DNA from: Clostridia bacterium
GTDB lineage: Bacteria > Bacillota > Clostridia > Christensenellales > Borkfalkiaceae
NCBI GenBank assembly: GCA_017399185.1
Contig: JAFQEA010000016.1
Location: 21,264 to 85,263, forward strand
Direction of reading: 5' to 3'
Length of the DNA stretch: 64,000 nt
Both the position numbers and the translations under genes were made by a program. Positions 50,865 to 61,200 of the stretch are shown here, piece by piece; the stretch's first letter is position 1, and every line of letters starts with the position of its first letter. The notes beneath the pieces were generated by a model. That model worked only from the letters and a program-made list of their open reading frames with translations. It was not told the DNA's origin and did not search any database.

Positions 50865-53696
50865 ATGGCTCTTATTAAATGCCCTGAATGTCAAAACTCA
50901 ATATCCGACAAGGCGGAGAAGTGTCCACACTGTGGTCTTCCTGCGGAGTATTTTAATGTTGTCGGAGCACCTGTTGAAAAAACATATGGTATTGATTACA
51001 AAAGCATAGCCAATATAATCATTTCATTCGATAAGGACTATGTGGATCTTTTTTCTGACAGTCATTACATAACGCACCGCGAACAGGATTACTTGCATTC
51101 AACATATGGGGAGTATTATACTTCTTTGAAGAACAAACTGATTTTTCAATATGTTTGCAATAATGCATCGGCTCTTCGTGTTGATATTGATGGGTTGAAA
51201 CGTTTTCTGCGAAAGATGCATACGATTGACGAGAGCATCGTTGCACACAACGAGGAATACATTGAAAGAACGCTCGTTCAGGAGAAGGAGTATTTCGATA
51301 ATATCCTTTCTGAAATTGATCCAAAAATTCGCCTTGATGACGAACAGAGAAGAGCTGTTATAACCGATGACGATTACTGTCTTTTGGTTGCAGGTGCCGG
51401 TGCAGGTAAGACCACCACAATGGCGGCGAAGGTAAAGTATCTTGTTGAGAAAAAGCATGTAAATCCTGAGGAAATTATCGTTATTTCCTACACCAATAAG
51501 GCAATTGATGAACTGAAGGAAAGAATCAACAAGAGCTTAAAAATTCCAGCAAAGATATGTACATTCCATGCGTTCGCGTTTGAGATTGTGAAGCGTTTCT
51601 CGGTTGAACCGCCTGAAATTAACTTTTCTTCTTATCAGATCGTATTCGATATGCTTGAAAAGTCAATCTTCAACAATAAGCAGTTGATGAGGAATCTTGT
51701 GCTGTTCTTAGGATATTATTTCGATTTGACCGAGGATGTGTTCAAGTTCGATAATCTAAATCAGTTCCATCTCTATAAAGCAGCGCAGGACTACGAAACC
51801 TTGAAAAGCGGTCTTGGTGAATATATCAGGAAGGTTGAACAACAGAGAAGCAAGAGAGTAAAAACGATTACCGGCGAATATTTGCGTTCAGTTCAGGAGG
51901 TACAGATTGCAAATTTCCTGTATCTCAACGGTCTTGATTATGAGTATGAGCGCGTTTATCCTCACGGATCGCCATCAAAAAACAAAAAGTATACACCTGA
52001 TTTCTACATCACACAAGGTGAACATACCGCTTGGCTTGAACATTACGCTTTAACTGAAAGTGGATACAGTAGTGTATTTGCACCCGAGCAAATAGCAAAA
52101 TACAAAAAATCCATTCGTGATAAGCGTGCATTACATAGCGGTTATAAAACCACTTTGATTGAAACGTGGTCGCTGTATAATGACCGTCGTTCTTTGATGG
52201 ATCATTTGAAGGAAAGCCTTGAACGAGAGGGATTTCAGTTGAAACCGCGTAACCTTGACGAGGTTTATAAAAAGATAGTTGAAACTGGAAAAGATAAATA
52301 TATCATAAAGTTGATACTGTTCATGATGAACTTTATTGAGCAGTATAAAACAACCGGATATGACGAAGCCGGATTCGATATATTGCGCAAGAAAACGGAC
52401 AATCCAAGAACGTTACTTTTCCTTGATATCGCCGAAGAAGTATATCATCATTATCAGTCGGTATTGAAGCAGAACAATCAGATTGACTTTGCTGATATGA
52501 TCAATGATGCGCATTTCTATCTTCAGGAGATCGAACGGCAGCGCATTGAAATGCCGTACAAGTATATTATCATTGATGAGTTCCAAGATATTGCTCGTCA
52601 ACGATTCAATTTGACAAAGCGTTTGTCTGAAATTACAAAGGCTAAGGTTGTTGCCGTTGGTGATGACTGGCAGTCGATTTACGCTTTTTCTGGTTCTGAC
52701 ATTACGCTCTTCACGAGATTCCTTGAGCTTATGGGAGCCGGAACGGAATTGAAAATCACGCATACATATCGTAACTCTCAGGAGTTGATTGATATTGCGG
52801 GCGGATTTGTTCAGAAAAACTCTGCACAAATAAGAAAACAGCTGATCTCCCCCAAGCACCTTAAAAATCCTGTTGTCATCGAGGCATTTGATGATAGCGT
52901 TAAGCCTATGAAAGCATTGGCGGAGAAAATAGAGGAAATAATCGGCAAGATCATTGCTGAATACGGCGAAAAGGGTTCAATTTTGTTAATTGGACGGTAC
53001 AACTATGATATGTACAAGTTGTATATTACGGGTGCGTTTGCCGAATTGCCTAACAACCGCGTACAGTCTAAAAAATATCCAAACGCGAATATCACTTTCA
53101 TGACTGCGCATAGCTCCAAAGGTCTTGGATATGATAATGTTATTTTAATCAACATGTTTGAGGGTAAGTTTGGATTCCCGTGTCAGATTGAAGATGATCC
53201 AATCATCAAGCTGGTTATGCACGAGGATAAGACAATGCCGTTTGCGGAGGAACGTAGATTGTTCTATGTAGCAATGACAAGAACCAAGAATCGTGTTTAT
53301 ATTGCAACTCCAAAGCATAAGCCCTCAAGATTCCTTGTTGAACTGATTAAGGATTATAATCTGCCTCACGACGAAGGAATCAATATGCACGTTGTTGATC
53401 TTTTCAATCTGCGTTGCCCGATTTGCGGATTTCCGTTAAAATACGAGTTTAACAAGAATTATGGATTGCAACTATGGATATGCACAAACGATTCTGAGGT
53501 CTGCGATTTTATGACAAATGATAAGGTGCATAAACATGACATCTTCAAATGTCCACAATGTGCAGACGGATATATGATCGTTAAGATGAATCCTAAAAAC
53601 GGAAACGTATTCTATGGATGCACAAATTATTTTAGCGATACAAACAAGTGTACAAATATGATATCGCTTGGAAACGACAATCAGCAGAAAAAGTAA
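50865..53696 (+). CDS. UvrD/Rep-family (helicase IV-like) helicase with an N-terminal zinc ribbon and C-terminal topoisomerase-type C4 zinc fingers
   Basis: N-terminal CPECQN…CPHCG. Helicase motif I LLVAGAGAGKTT. VAVGDDWQSIYAFSG. MTAHSSKGLGYD. Motif VI VAMTRTKNRVYI. C-terminal CPICGFP…CTND…CDF and FKCPQCADGYMIV…YGCTNY. Confidence 0.7.
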   Translation: MALIKCPECQNSISDKAEKCPHCGLPAEYFNVVGAPVEKTYGIDYKSIANIIISFDKDYVDLFSDSHYITHREQDYLHSTYGEYYTSLKNKLIFQYVCNNASALRVDIDGLKRFLRKMHTIDESIVAHNEEYIERTLVQEKEYFDNILSEIDPKIRLDDEQRRAVITDDDYCLLVAGAGAGKTTTMAAKVKYLVEKKHVNPEEIIVISYTNKAIDELKERINKSLKIPAKICTFHAFAFEIVKRFSVEPPEINFSSYQIVFDMLEKSIFNNKQLMRNLVLFLGYYFDLTEDVFKFDNLNQFHLYKAAQDYETLKSGLGEYIRKVEQQRSKRVKTITGEYLRSVQEVQIANFLYLNGLDYEYERVYPHGSPSKNKKYTPDFYITQGEHTAWLEHYALTESGYSSVFAPEQIAKYKKSIRDKRALHSGYKTTLIETWSLYNDRRSLMDHLKESLEREGFQLKPRNLDEVYKKIVETGKDKYIIKLILFMMNFIEQYKTTGYDEAGFDILRKKTDNPRTLLFLDIAEEVYHHYQSVLKQNNQIDFADMINDAHFYLQEIERQRIEMPYKYIIIDEFQDIARQRFNLTKRLSEITKAKVVAVGDDWQSIYAFSGSDITLFTRFLELMGAGTELKITHTYRNSQELIDIAGGFVQKNSAQIRKQLISPKHLKNPVVIEAFDDSVKPMKALAEKIEEIIGKIIAEYGEKGSILLIGRYNYDMYKLYITGAFAELPNNRVQSKKYPNANITFMTAHSSKGLGYDNVILINMFEGKFGFPCQIEDDPIIKLVMHEDKTMPFAEERRLFYVAMTRTKNRVYIATPKHKPSRFLVELIKDYNLPHDEGINMHVVDLFNLRCPICGFPLKYEFNKNYGLQLWICTNDSEVCDFMTNDKVHKHDIFKCPQCADGYMIVKMNPKNGNVFYGCTNYFSDTNKCTNMISLGNDNQQKK

Positions 53697-53788
53697 TTGT
53701 TACTTAATTGATAATAGTTCGATTTCTGCTGAACTTTCTCTCAAACTTGTGGTATTGTTGGTGTTACCAAAGAACAGAAGATAACAAA

Positions 53789-53989
53789 ATGATACTGCAA
53801 GCATTGAAAAAGATTTGTCCAAATAAAAGCGAAGATGAGCTAAGAATCATGGAGCAGGATATCAAAAAATGTATTGATCGAGAGATCAGCGTGTCTGAAC
53901 TCGCAGATTTTGCAATAAGCTTTGTGACGTCGCGTGATACGAAAGAAAAAACAAACATGAGTATCGAGGACGATTCAACGCCGAGCTAA
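53789..53989 (+). CDS. small hypothetical protein
   Basis: 67 aa from an ATG. Weak RBS. No homology recognised. Confidence 0.2.
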   Translation: MILQALKKICPNKSEDELRIMEQDIKKCIDREISVSELADFAISFVTSRDTKEKTNMSIEDDSTPS

Positions 53990-54134
53990 GTTGGTGTTGA
54001 ATCGTCCTTTCTTATAGAGAACAAAAAGCGAATCATGATTTATAATTCTGACAAAAAGATGTCGAAAAATGGTTGGCACAAAGGCAATTATGTGATATAC
54101 TTAAGTATATACGTAAGTAGCAAAGGAGTTTAAG

Positions 54135-55196
54135 ATGATAAGTTATAAATTTCCAGCTGTAAAAGGCACGCAAGCGGGCAAAGAGTATTATATTTGTATG
54201 GTTCCTATGGGGTTGTTACAAAAATTGTTTATTACAGATACCTCTGATGTTTCTCCCGAGTATAGGGCACAGCGCAAATTAAATGAATTGCGTATTCCCG
54301 AGATTAAAGAATATATTTTAGAGAATCGTAATTCCTATGTCTTTTCTGCGTTGGCAGCTTCTATTGATGGAACGGTGAACTTCATTCCTTATCAGGGGAA
54401 TTCAAGTGTCGGAGAGCTGGAAATTGATATGACCGCCACTTTTTTAATAAATGATGGGCAGCACAGAAAGGCTGCTATTGTTGCCGCAATTGAAGAAGAT
54501 GAGTCGCTCAAGGATGAAACAATCTCAATTGTTATATATAAAGATCAAGGCTTGCAGTGTAGTCAGCAGATGTTTACCGATTTAAACAAACATGCAGTTA
54601 CCACATCAAAATCTCTAAATACGCTGTATGAATCTAAAGATCCAATTGCGTTGATAACCAAAAATATCATTAACGACATTACTTTTTTAAGAAAATATAC
54701 TGATAAAGAAAAGGACAACCTTAGTAAGTTTTCTTCAAATATTTTTACGTTAAATACATTTTATTCCGCCAATAAGAGAATTACAAAAATCATTGGAACA
54801 TCCGAAACGGCAGCTAAAACAATATTTGATTTTTGGAATAATGTTGTGAAAAATATTCGTGAGTGGAATGAAATGGATGCCGGAGAGCTCAGCAAAAAGA
54901 GTTTAAGAGAAGATTATATCATTACTCAGGGGTTAATTATATTGGCATTTGGTCGTTTGTGTGAATTCTATTGCAACAATCCGAGCATTGATATGGTAAA
55001 GACATTAAAAGGCTTGAGCAAAATTGATTGGCTCAGAAATAACGGGTCAAGTTGGATGAACCGCGCTATTAAGATTAACGGTAAAATTAATAGAAATGAA
55101 CAGGGCATATTCCTTACTTATGTTGAAATAAAAAGATTGTTAAATCTTCCGATTACAGATGACGAATTGAAAAAAGAAAGCTTATTAATGGGGTAA
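54135..55196 (+). CDS. dndB: DNA phosphorothioation-associated DndB (DGQHR-domain protein)
   Basis: Contains the eponymous FLINDGQHRKAAI motif. 353 aa. First gene of a dndBCDE-ordered cluster. AAAGGAG RBS. Confidence 0.75.
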   Translation: MISYKFPAVKGTQAGKEYYICMVPMGLLQKLFITDTSDVSPEYRAQRKLNELRIPEIKEYILENRNSYVFSALAASIDGTVNFIPYQGNSSVGELEIDMTATFLINDGQHRKAAIVAAIEEDESLKDETISIVIYKDQGLQCSQQMFTDLNKHAVTTSKSLNTLYESKDPIALITKNIINDITFLRKYTDKEKDNLSKFSSNIFTLNTFYSANKRITKIIGTSETAAKTIFDFWNNVVKNIREWNEMDAGELSKKSLREDYIITQGLIILAFGRLCEFYCNNPSIDMVKTLKGLSKIDWLRNNGSSWMNRAIKINGKINRNEQGIFLTYVEIKRLLNLPITDDELKKESLLMG

Positions 55197-55206
55197 AAAA
55201 ACAATT

Positions 55207-56601
55207 ATGCCATACACAGGAAATTTTCAAGTATTTGAAGAAATTATAAAAGAAATTATGATAGTTTATAAGCACGATAACCGCCCGTGGCTTATAGGAT
55301 ACAGTGGCGGCAAAGACTCTACGTTGCTTGTAAGCCTTGTATACGAAGCGATGAAACGACTTAAGCGTACCGGTTCGAAGATGCATAAAAAGATATATGT
55401 CATCACTTCTGACACAATGGTGGAAAATCCTATTGTCAAAAATTACATGCATACTTCCTCGCAGAGCATAAATGACGCTTCAAAACGTGACGGATTAGAA
55501 ATAGAGGCTAATATGATATACCCGGAACCGGAGCAAACTTTCTGGAGTCGTGTGATAGGCTTGGGATATCCTACGCCTGAACCTCCCGGATTCAGATGGT
55601 GTACAGAACGTCTTAAAATCAATCCGATGAATAAATTCGTAAATGATCGAATTCAAGAAAACGGCGAAATAATTATTCTACTTGGCGTTAGAAAAGGCGA
55701 AAGCTTAACAAGAATGAAAACAATCACGGCAAGGGAGATTGAAGGTAAGCTTTTGAATATGCATAACGATATTCCTAATGCTTATGTTTATAACGCTATT
55801 ACTGAAGTGCCCAACGAATTGGTGTGGGAGTTTTTGCTTAAGGATGATTGCCAAAGCCCTTGGGGGGCAGATATGAAATATTTGTTCAATCTATATCAGG
55901 GCGAAAACATAGGAGAAGAACAAAGCGTTTTAGGCGAAGTTGATAAAGAGAAAATTCCGGTAACAGGCAACTCAAGGTTTGGATGCTGGTGTTGCACAAT
56001 GGTTAAAGAGGATAAGTCCTTACAAAACTTCATTGATCGTGGAGCAACTGAATTGATTCCGCTCAGAAACTTCCGTAACGAACTTTTAAAAATGCGCGAT
56101 AATCCTCAAATGCGTGATAACAAAAGACGAAACGGAACTGTGTATAGAAAAGCGGACGGAAGCTTCGGACTTGGCCCATTTACATTGGAGTCAAGAAGAA
56201 TTATTCTCGAGAAACTCCTTGAACTTGAGAATGAAACAGGATTGGAATTGATAACGATCGGTGAGTTGAAAGCCATTGATAAAATGTGGGACGAAGAAGG
56301 CGACTTGTCGTGCAGAAAGCTAGTAGATACCTACTTTAAAGTGAAAAAGGTCAAACTTCCTTGGGATGACTATAAGTCTCCAAGATTTGATGATGAAGCG
56401 ATCACGTCTATCGAGGAGGTGGCAGATAAATACGATATCCCTGTTGAGTTAATTACAAAGCTAATCGTTTCCGTGGACGATAATAAACATATCACAAGAA
56501 ACAATAAACTTCAAAAATCATTTGATCAAATTATAAATCAGAATTGGTTGCACTTTAACATGATAGAAAGGGGGCTTGACGGTGAAGATCCAAAAAATTA
56601 A
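55207..56601 (+). CDS. dndC: DNA phosphorothioation system sulfurtransferase DndC (PAPS-reductase/PP-loop)
   Basis: PP-loop YSGGKDST. Cys cluster FGCWCCT. 464 aa. Confidence 0.8.
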   Translation: MPYTGNFQVFEEIIKEIMIVYKHDNRPWLIGYSGGKDSTLLVSLVYEAMKRLKRTGSKMHKKIYVITSDTMVENPIVKNYMHTSSQSINDASKRDGLEIEANMIYPEPEQTFWSRVIGLGYPTPEPPGFRWCTERLKINPMNKFVNDRIQENGEIIILLGVRKGESLTRMKTITAREIEGKLLNMHNDIPNAYVYNAITEVPNELVWEFLLKDDCQSPWGADMKYLFNLYQGENIGEEQSVLGEVDKEKIPVTGNSRFGCWCCTMVKEDKSLQNFIDRGATELIPLRNFRNELLKMRDNPQMRDNKRRNGTVYRKADGSFGLGPFTLESRRIILEKLLELENETGLELITIGELKAIDKMWDEEGDLSCRKLVDTYFKVKKVKLPWDDYKSPRFDDEAITSIEEVADKYDIPVELITKLIVSVDDNKHITRNNKLQKSFDQIINQNWLHFNMIERGLDGEDPKN

Positions 56602-58687
56602 ATTGAGCAACATTGGCCCCTATGTTAATACTAATGAATTTGATTTCAATGTATCTGATATATCGAAGCGAATGGTGTTGATTGGTGGAAAAAATGGAGC
56701 AGGAAAAACAACGCTTTTTAAAGCAATTAAGCTTTGTCTATATGGTTATGTGGCTTACGGATTTGAATCGATAAATGCAAAATACTATTCCGAAGTCGAA
56801 AAGATTATAAATTCCAACGAAAAATTAAAGCGTGCAGGCGAAGCGGAAGTTTCCATAGATTTGCTGCTTGATGACGGAAAATATAATGACACGTACACAT
56901 TTGTTAGAAAATGGAGAATCACAGGAAAGCGTATTTCTGAAACATTTGATGTATATAAGAATGGGGAACTTTTAGACTTGACAGCTAAAAGTGATTTCGA
57001 AAGCTACATATTGCACTTGCTTCCCCCCAACCTGTTCAGATTTTATTTCTTCGATGGCGAGAAGTTAAGTGAATTCGTGTTTAATGGTAATAAAAATTCG
57101 GATTTTAAAGATGCTTTTTTGAAGCTCTGCAATTTGGATACTATGGAAATAATTCGTGAGAATTTCAGAAGAATTTCGCGAGGAAAAGCGAAAGATAGTA
57201 TGAATTTTTCTCAAGAATATGATAGATGTGTAAGCGAAGATACACTTGCAGCTGTTAGAGTAGAGAAGGCTGAAGATGAATATGTCGAAACGGAGAATTT
57301 GATTCTGTCCATAGACGAAGAATTAGCTGCTCTTGAAAAAACATATAGCAAGGGTGGTGGAATTTCTAAAAAAGAATGGAAATCCATGCAGGATCAGATT
57401 GCAAAAGAGGAAGCTCGTAGAGAAGAAAGAAGAAAATGGCTCAAAGATATTGCCAATAATGTGTTGCCGTTTATCATTCTTAATCAACAACTTGAATGTC
57501 TGAGAGAACAAATCCACTTAGAGCATAAGGCACAAATTGATTCTAATGTAAAATCAACAATTGATACGGTCGAAATTCAATCTATTATTCTAGAAGTGTT
57601 AACATCTTGCGGTGTAGAACATTCAATAGACATAACAAAGAAGATAATTTTTGAAATTGGCAATTATGCGAGTACAACTGATAGAATTGTTCCAATATTA
57701 AATCTGTCTGATCTTGATCGATATGAATTAAATGCTAAAATAAATTCACTACTGTCTTTTGACATTACAAGAATTAAAAGTGCTACTGACGATATCGAGG
57801 CATCGCTTAATTGTGTGAAGCGAATAAGAAAAAAGATGGAGAAAAGCAGCATCGACAACTATGATGAATACTTGCAAAAGAAAAGCGAGTTGAACGAGCG
57901 TAAAGCGGATCTTTCCAAACACTTGCTTGAGTTGGATAAAGAATTGCAGAAGTTGCGGGCTGATAAAGCGGTTACTGCCGCAAAATTGGCAAAAGCCAAG
58001 GCTGACTATGAGGCAATTTTGAAAAAGCAATCGATCAACGATATTTCTGCGCGTGCATTATTGGCTTTTGATGAACTTCAGGAGTTGTTATATGCTAAAA
58101 GTATTAAGGCTGTCGAAACTGGCTTCGCTGAGCGTTTTAAAGCATTGATCAACAAGTCTGACTTGATTGATGGCATTCATATTGATGAAAATCTAAACGT
58201 ATTACCCTATAAAAACAAGCACTTTATGGCCAAAGATATCAAAAGATCTTTGATGATAAACGGCCCGGAATATATTATTGCTCAAATAGGTTTGCATGCA
58301 TATGAATTGTTGCAAAGCAAATTTCAAGAAGGTGATGAAGAATTTGATTTGCCGGTTGAAGTAAAACAACAACTTTCCGCAGGCGAAAAACAGATTTTTG
58401 TAATGGCATTGTATCAGGCACTCTCTGGCTTAAACAAAATCAATGTACCATACATTATCGATACTCCGTTTGCTCGAATTGACCGTGAACACCGCGGTAA
58501 TATTTTGGAGCATTTCTTTAAACAGCTTAAAGGACAAATCATTATCCTTTCCACGGATGAAGAAATCGTTTCTAATCACATGGATGTAGTATCCGACGTG
58601 ATATCCAACACTTTTGTCCTAAATCATACAAGTGCTGGAAACACAGAAATTTTAGCTAACAAATACTTTGGAGGTAGAAACGTATGA
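56576..58687 (+). CDS. dndD: DNA sulfur modification protein DndD (SMC/ABC-like ATPase)
   Basis: Walker A GGKNGAGKTTL, long coiled coil, signature-like LSAGEKQ, and D-loop YIIDTPFARID. The start is TTG at 56576, or GTG at 56582 giving MKIQKIKL…. Confidence 0.75.
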   Translation: MTVKIQKIKLSNIGPYVNTNEFDFNVSDISKRMVLIGGKNGAGKTTLFKAIKLCLYGYVAYGFESINAKYYSEVEKIINSNEKLKRAGEAEVSIDLLLDDGKYNDTYTFVRKWRITGKRISETFDVYKNGELLDLTAKSDFESYILHLLPPNLFRFYFFDGEKLSEFVFNGNKNSDFKDAFLKLCNLDTMEIIRENFRRISRGKAKDSMNFSQEYDRCVSEDTLAAVRVEKAEDEYVETENLILSIDEELAALEKTYSKGGGISKKEWKSMQDQIAKEEARREERRKWLKDIANNVLPFIILNQQLECLREQIHLEHKAQIDSNVKSTIDTVEIQSIILEVLTSCGVEHSIDITKKIIFEIGNYASTTDRIVPILNLSDLDRYELNAKINSLLSFDITRIKSATDDIEASLNCVKRIRKKMEKSSIDNYDEYLQKKSELNERKADLSKHLLELDKELQKLRADKAVTAAKLAKAKADYEAILKKQSINDISARALLAFDELQELLYAKSIKAVETGFAERFKALINKSDLIDGIHIDENLNVLPYKNKHFMAKDIKRSLMINGPEYIIAQIGLHAYELLQSKFQEGDEEFDLPVEVKQQLSAGEKQIFVMALYQALSGLNKINVPYIIDTPFARIDREHRGNILEHFFKQLKGQIIILSTDEEIVSNHMDVVSDVISNTFVLNHTSAGNTEILANKYFGGRNV

Positions 58688-59058
58688 CCAACAAACTGCA
58701 CACATCAAAACAAACACAAGAAATATTTGCATCGCTTGGTCAGTCGTTGGGATTACAGCCATTTATACTATCGAAGCTTGCCATAGCATTATCTATCAGA
58801 AAAGGAAAACTTGACAATGAAGACTACTCTTCTGATAATGATGGATTAGAGCTTAACCGCCAAACAATTTTTGGCGACCATGATATGATATTTAAGGCTT
58901 TAATTATTAACTGCCAAAGCAAAGCGGCTACTGAAGACGAGTATTTCCCGGATATGGTAAAAGCTCATCTTGATCGAGGAGCAAAGCTGTTGGAAGATGA
59001 AAAGAGATATAGCAAAGATTTTTACAATAATATGTGTCATTTGGATACAAATATCTAA
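58684..59058 (+). CDS. dndE: probable DndE
   Basis: 124 aa. ATGA overlap with dndD. Position and size fit DndE. No motif recognised by eye. Confidence 0.5.
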   Translation: MTNKLHTSKQTQEIFASLGQSLGLQPFILSKLAIALSIRKGKLDNEDYSSDNDGLELNRQTIFGDHDMIFKALIINCQSKAATEDEYFPDMVKAHLDRGAKLLEDEKRYSKDFYNNMCHLDTNI

Positions 59059-59078
59059 TGAAGGGGGAAATATAAGGT

Positions 59079-60983
59079 ATGGAATTTCCTAAAATTAAAC
59101 CTTGTCTCGACACGTCTGAAAATGATTTGGTTGAGGAATTATATACTCCCTGTTTGCAGTGGGCGACTCAGTTTGATCGTGGAGTAGGTTATTTCACCAC
59201 AGGATGGCTTGAGTGTAACGTATCCGGTATGAGTGATTTCGCAGCACGAGGTGGAATAATGCGACTCATAACAAGTCCTATTATTTCTAACGAAGATTCT
59301 GATGCGATTATATTGGCAAACGAGAGAGATAATTCTGCTTATCAGCTGTTAGAAGAAGCATTATCTAAAAACGTAGAAGCACTAGCAGTCGAGATGAAAA
59401 AGGATGTCCTAAACGCGTTTTCTTGGATGCTTTATGATGGTATTGTCGAATTGAAATTTGCTGTTCCGAGGATGAAGCTCAAAGGAGATTTTCACGATAA
59501 GTTTGGAGTGTTTTACAACGGTGAAGATGCTCTATCCTTTTCGGGATCAATAAATGATAGTATCCACGGATATCAAAACTACGAAAGTATAAAAGTTTTC
59601 AAAACGTGGACAGGGACAAAGGAATATGTTGATGCTGACAAGGAGCGTTTTGAGCGCTTGTGGATAGGAAAGGATAAGAACTTAAAAATATATTCGATTC
59701 CTCAGGCGATAAAAGAAAAAATCTTCAAATTGCGCACTTCGGATAGACCGTATGCTTATACAGCTAAACCTGTCAACAAGTGGATACACCAAGACAAGGC
59801 CGTGGAATGCTTTTTGGAAAAAGAACATGGCATTTTAGCGATGGCAACAGGAACCGGAAAAACTGTAACCGCTATTAAAATTATCAACAAGCTCTTTGAA
59901 GAAGGCAAAATTAAGAGAGTAGTGATAACTATGTACGGTAATGATTTGCTTGATCAGTGGGCTAAGCAAATGCGAGAAAAGTACAAGAATAAGCAAATAT
60001 ACTATCAATATGACAAACAGAAGGAATTAAGCAAATTTATTATTCATCCGGACAACTCTATTCTTTTAATATCTCGTGATGCAGGCAATTTATCAAAGCT
60101 TTTAAACTTGTTAGATAAAGCCCCTGGTAACTATCGTGAAGATACTCTGTTCATTTTTGATGAGGTTCACGGCGCAGGATCTAATTCTTTTGTTGAGAAT
60201 CTTACAGGAAGGATATCTCCTTACAGATATCGATTAGGATTAAGTGCTACGCCAGAGCGCGAATATGACGATGATGGCAACGATTTCCTTCGAAATGAAA
60301 TCGGTGAAATAATATTTGAATTTTCACTCAAGGATGCAATTCAAAAGGGAATTTTATGCGAGTTTGATTATATTCCTTTATCGTATGTGCTAACCGAAGA
60401 AGAAAAACAAAGGAAGAAAAAAATTATTGCTGCCTTTAACGCAAAAAAGGAAAGCGGCGAGCCATACGACGAGACCGAAATGTTTACACAACTCGCTCGT
60501 GTTAATAAGATAGCAATTGATAAGATTGATACGTTTGAAACGTTTATTGTTGACAAGTCCGATCTCTTGGAAAAATCGATCATATTTGTTCAAGAAAGAC
60601 CATATGGAGAAAAGCTGCAAGATGTTCTTATAAAGTATACCGATAAGTATCACACATACTATGCCGATGATGAAAAATCAAATTTGAAGGATTTTTCAGA
60701 AGGAAAAATAGAGTGCTTATTGACTTGTAAAAAGATTTCTGAAGGCATTGATATTAGTAGCGTGACGAATATATTTCTTTTTGCCTCTGATCGTTCAAAG
60801 TTGGTTACTACACAAAGAATAGGACGAGCTTTGCGCCTTGATAAAAACAATCCTCATAAAAGGGCAACAGTAATCGACTTTATTTTGGATGATTTTGGGG
60901 AGAACGATAATAATGCCGACCAAGAACGTGCACAGTGGCTCGGCGAACTTTCTAAAACAAGGAGAATCGAAGATGAGAAATAA
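59079..60983 (+). CDS. PLD-like (HKD-type) nuclease domain fused to an SF2 DExH helicase
   Basis: N-terminal HDKFGVFYNGEDALSFSGSIN approximates H-x-K…D…GSxN. Helicase motifs: I MATGTGKTV, II IFDEVH, III LGLSATPER, VI TTQRIGRALRLD. Confidence 0.6.
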   Translation: MEFPKIKPCLDTSENDLVEELYTPCLQWATQFDRGVGYFTTGWLECNVSGMSDFAARGGIMRLITSPIISNEDSDAIILANERDNSAYQLLEEALSKNVEALAVEMKKDVLNAFSWMLYDGIVELKFAVPRMKLKGDFHDKFGVFYNGEDALSFSGSINDSIHGYQNYESIKVFKTWTGTKEYVDADKERFERLWIGKDKNLKIYSIPQAIKEKIFKLRTSDRPYAYTAKPVNKWIHQDKAVECFLEKEHGILAMATGTGKTVTAIKIINKLFEEGKIKRVVITMYGNDLLDQWAKQMREKYKNKQIYYQYDKQKELSKFIIHPDNSILLISRDAGNLSKLLNLLDKAPGNYREDTLFIFDEVHGAGSNSFVENLTGRISPYRYRLGLSATPEREYDDDGNDFLRNEIGEIIFEFSLKDAIQKGILCEFDYIPLSYVLTEEEKQRKKKIIAAFNAKKESGEPYDETEMFTQLARVNKIAIDKIDTFETFIVDKSDLLEKSIIFVQERPYGEKLQDVLIKYTDKYHTYYADDEKSNLKDFSEGKIECLLTCKKISEGIDISSVTNIFLFASDRSKLVTTQRIGRALRLDKNNPHKRATVIDFILDDFGENDNNADQERAQWLGELSKTRRIEDEK

Positions 60984-61200
60984 AATTATAGAAGCGACAA
61001 TTGAAGAAGTAATAGATAAGTCTTCGTATCCTGATGATTTCAAAAAAGCATTCAAACAGTTTGTAAAAAATAAGTTTGATGACAACGCGAAAGAAAGCGA
61101 TCTCAAAAGAGTTTTATCTCTTCTGAATGAAGAGGGAGAAGATTTGACAGAGTATAACTTTTCTCTTTTGGACTACGATGAAACGGGGGATAGCAAATAA
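60973..61200 (+). CDS. small acidic hypothetical protein
   Basis: 75 aa from ATG 60973, with a GGAG RBS. Overlaps the upstream stop by 11 nt. Its stop TAA overlaps the next ATG (TAATG). Confidence 0.35.
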   Translation: MRNKIIEATIEEVIDKSSYPDDFKKAFKQFVKNKFDDNAKESDLKRVLSLLNEEGEDLTEYNFSLLDYDETGDSK

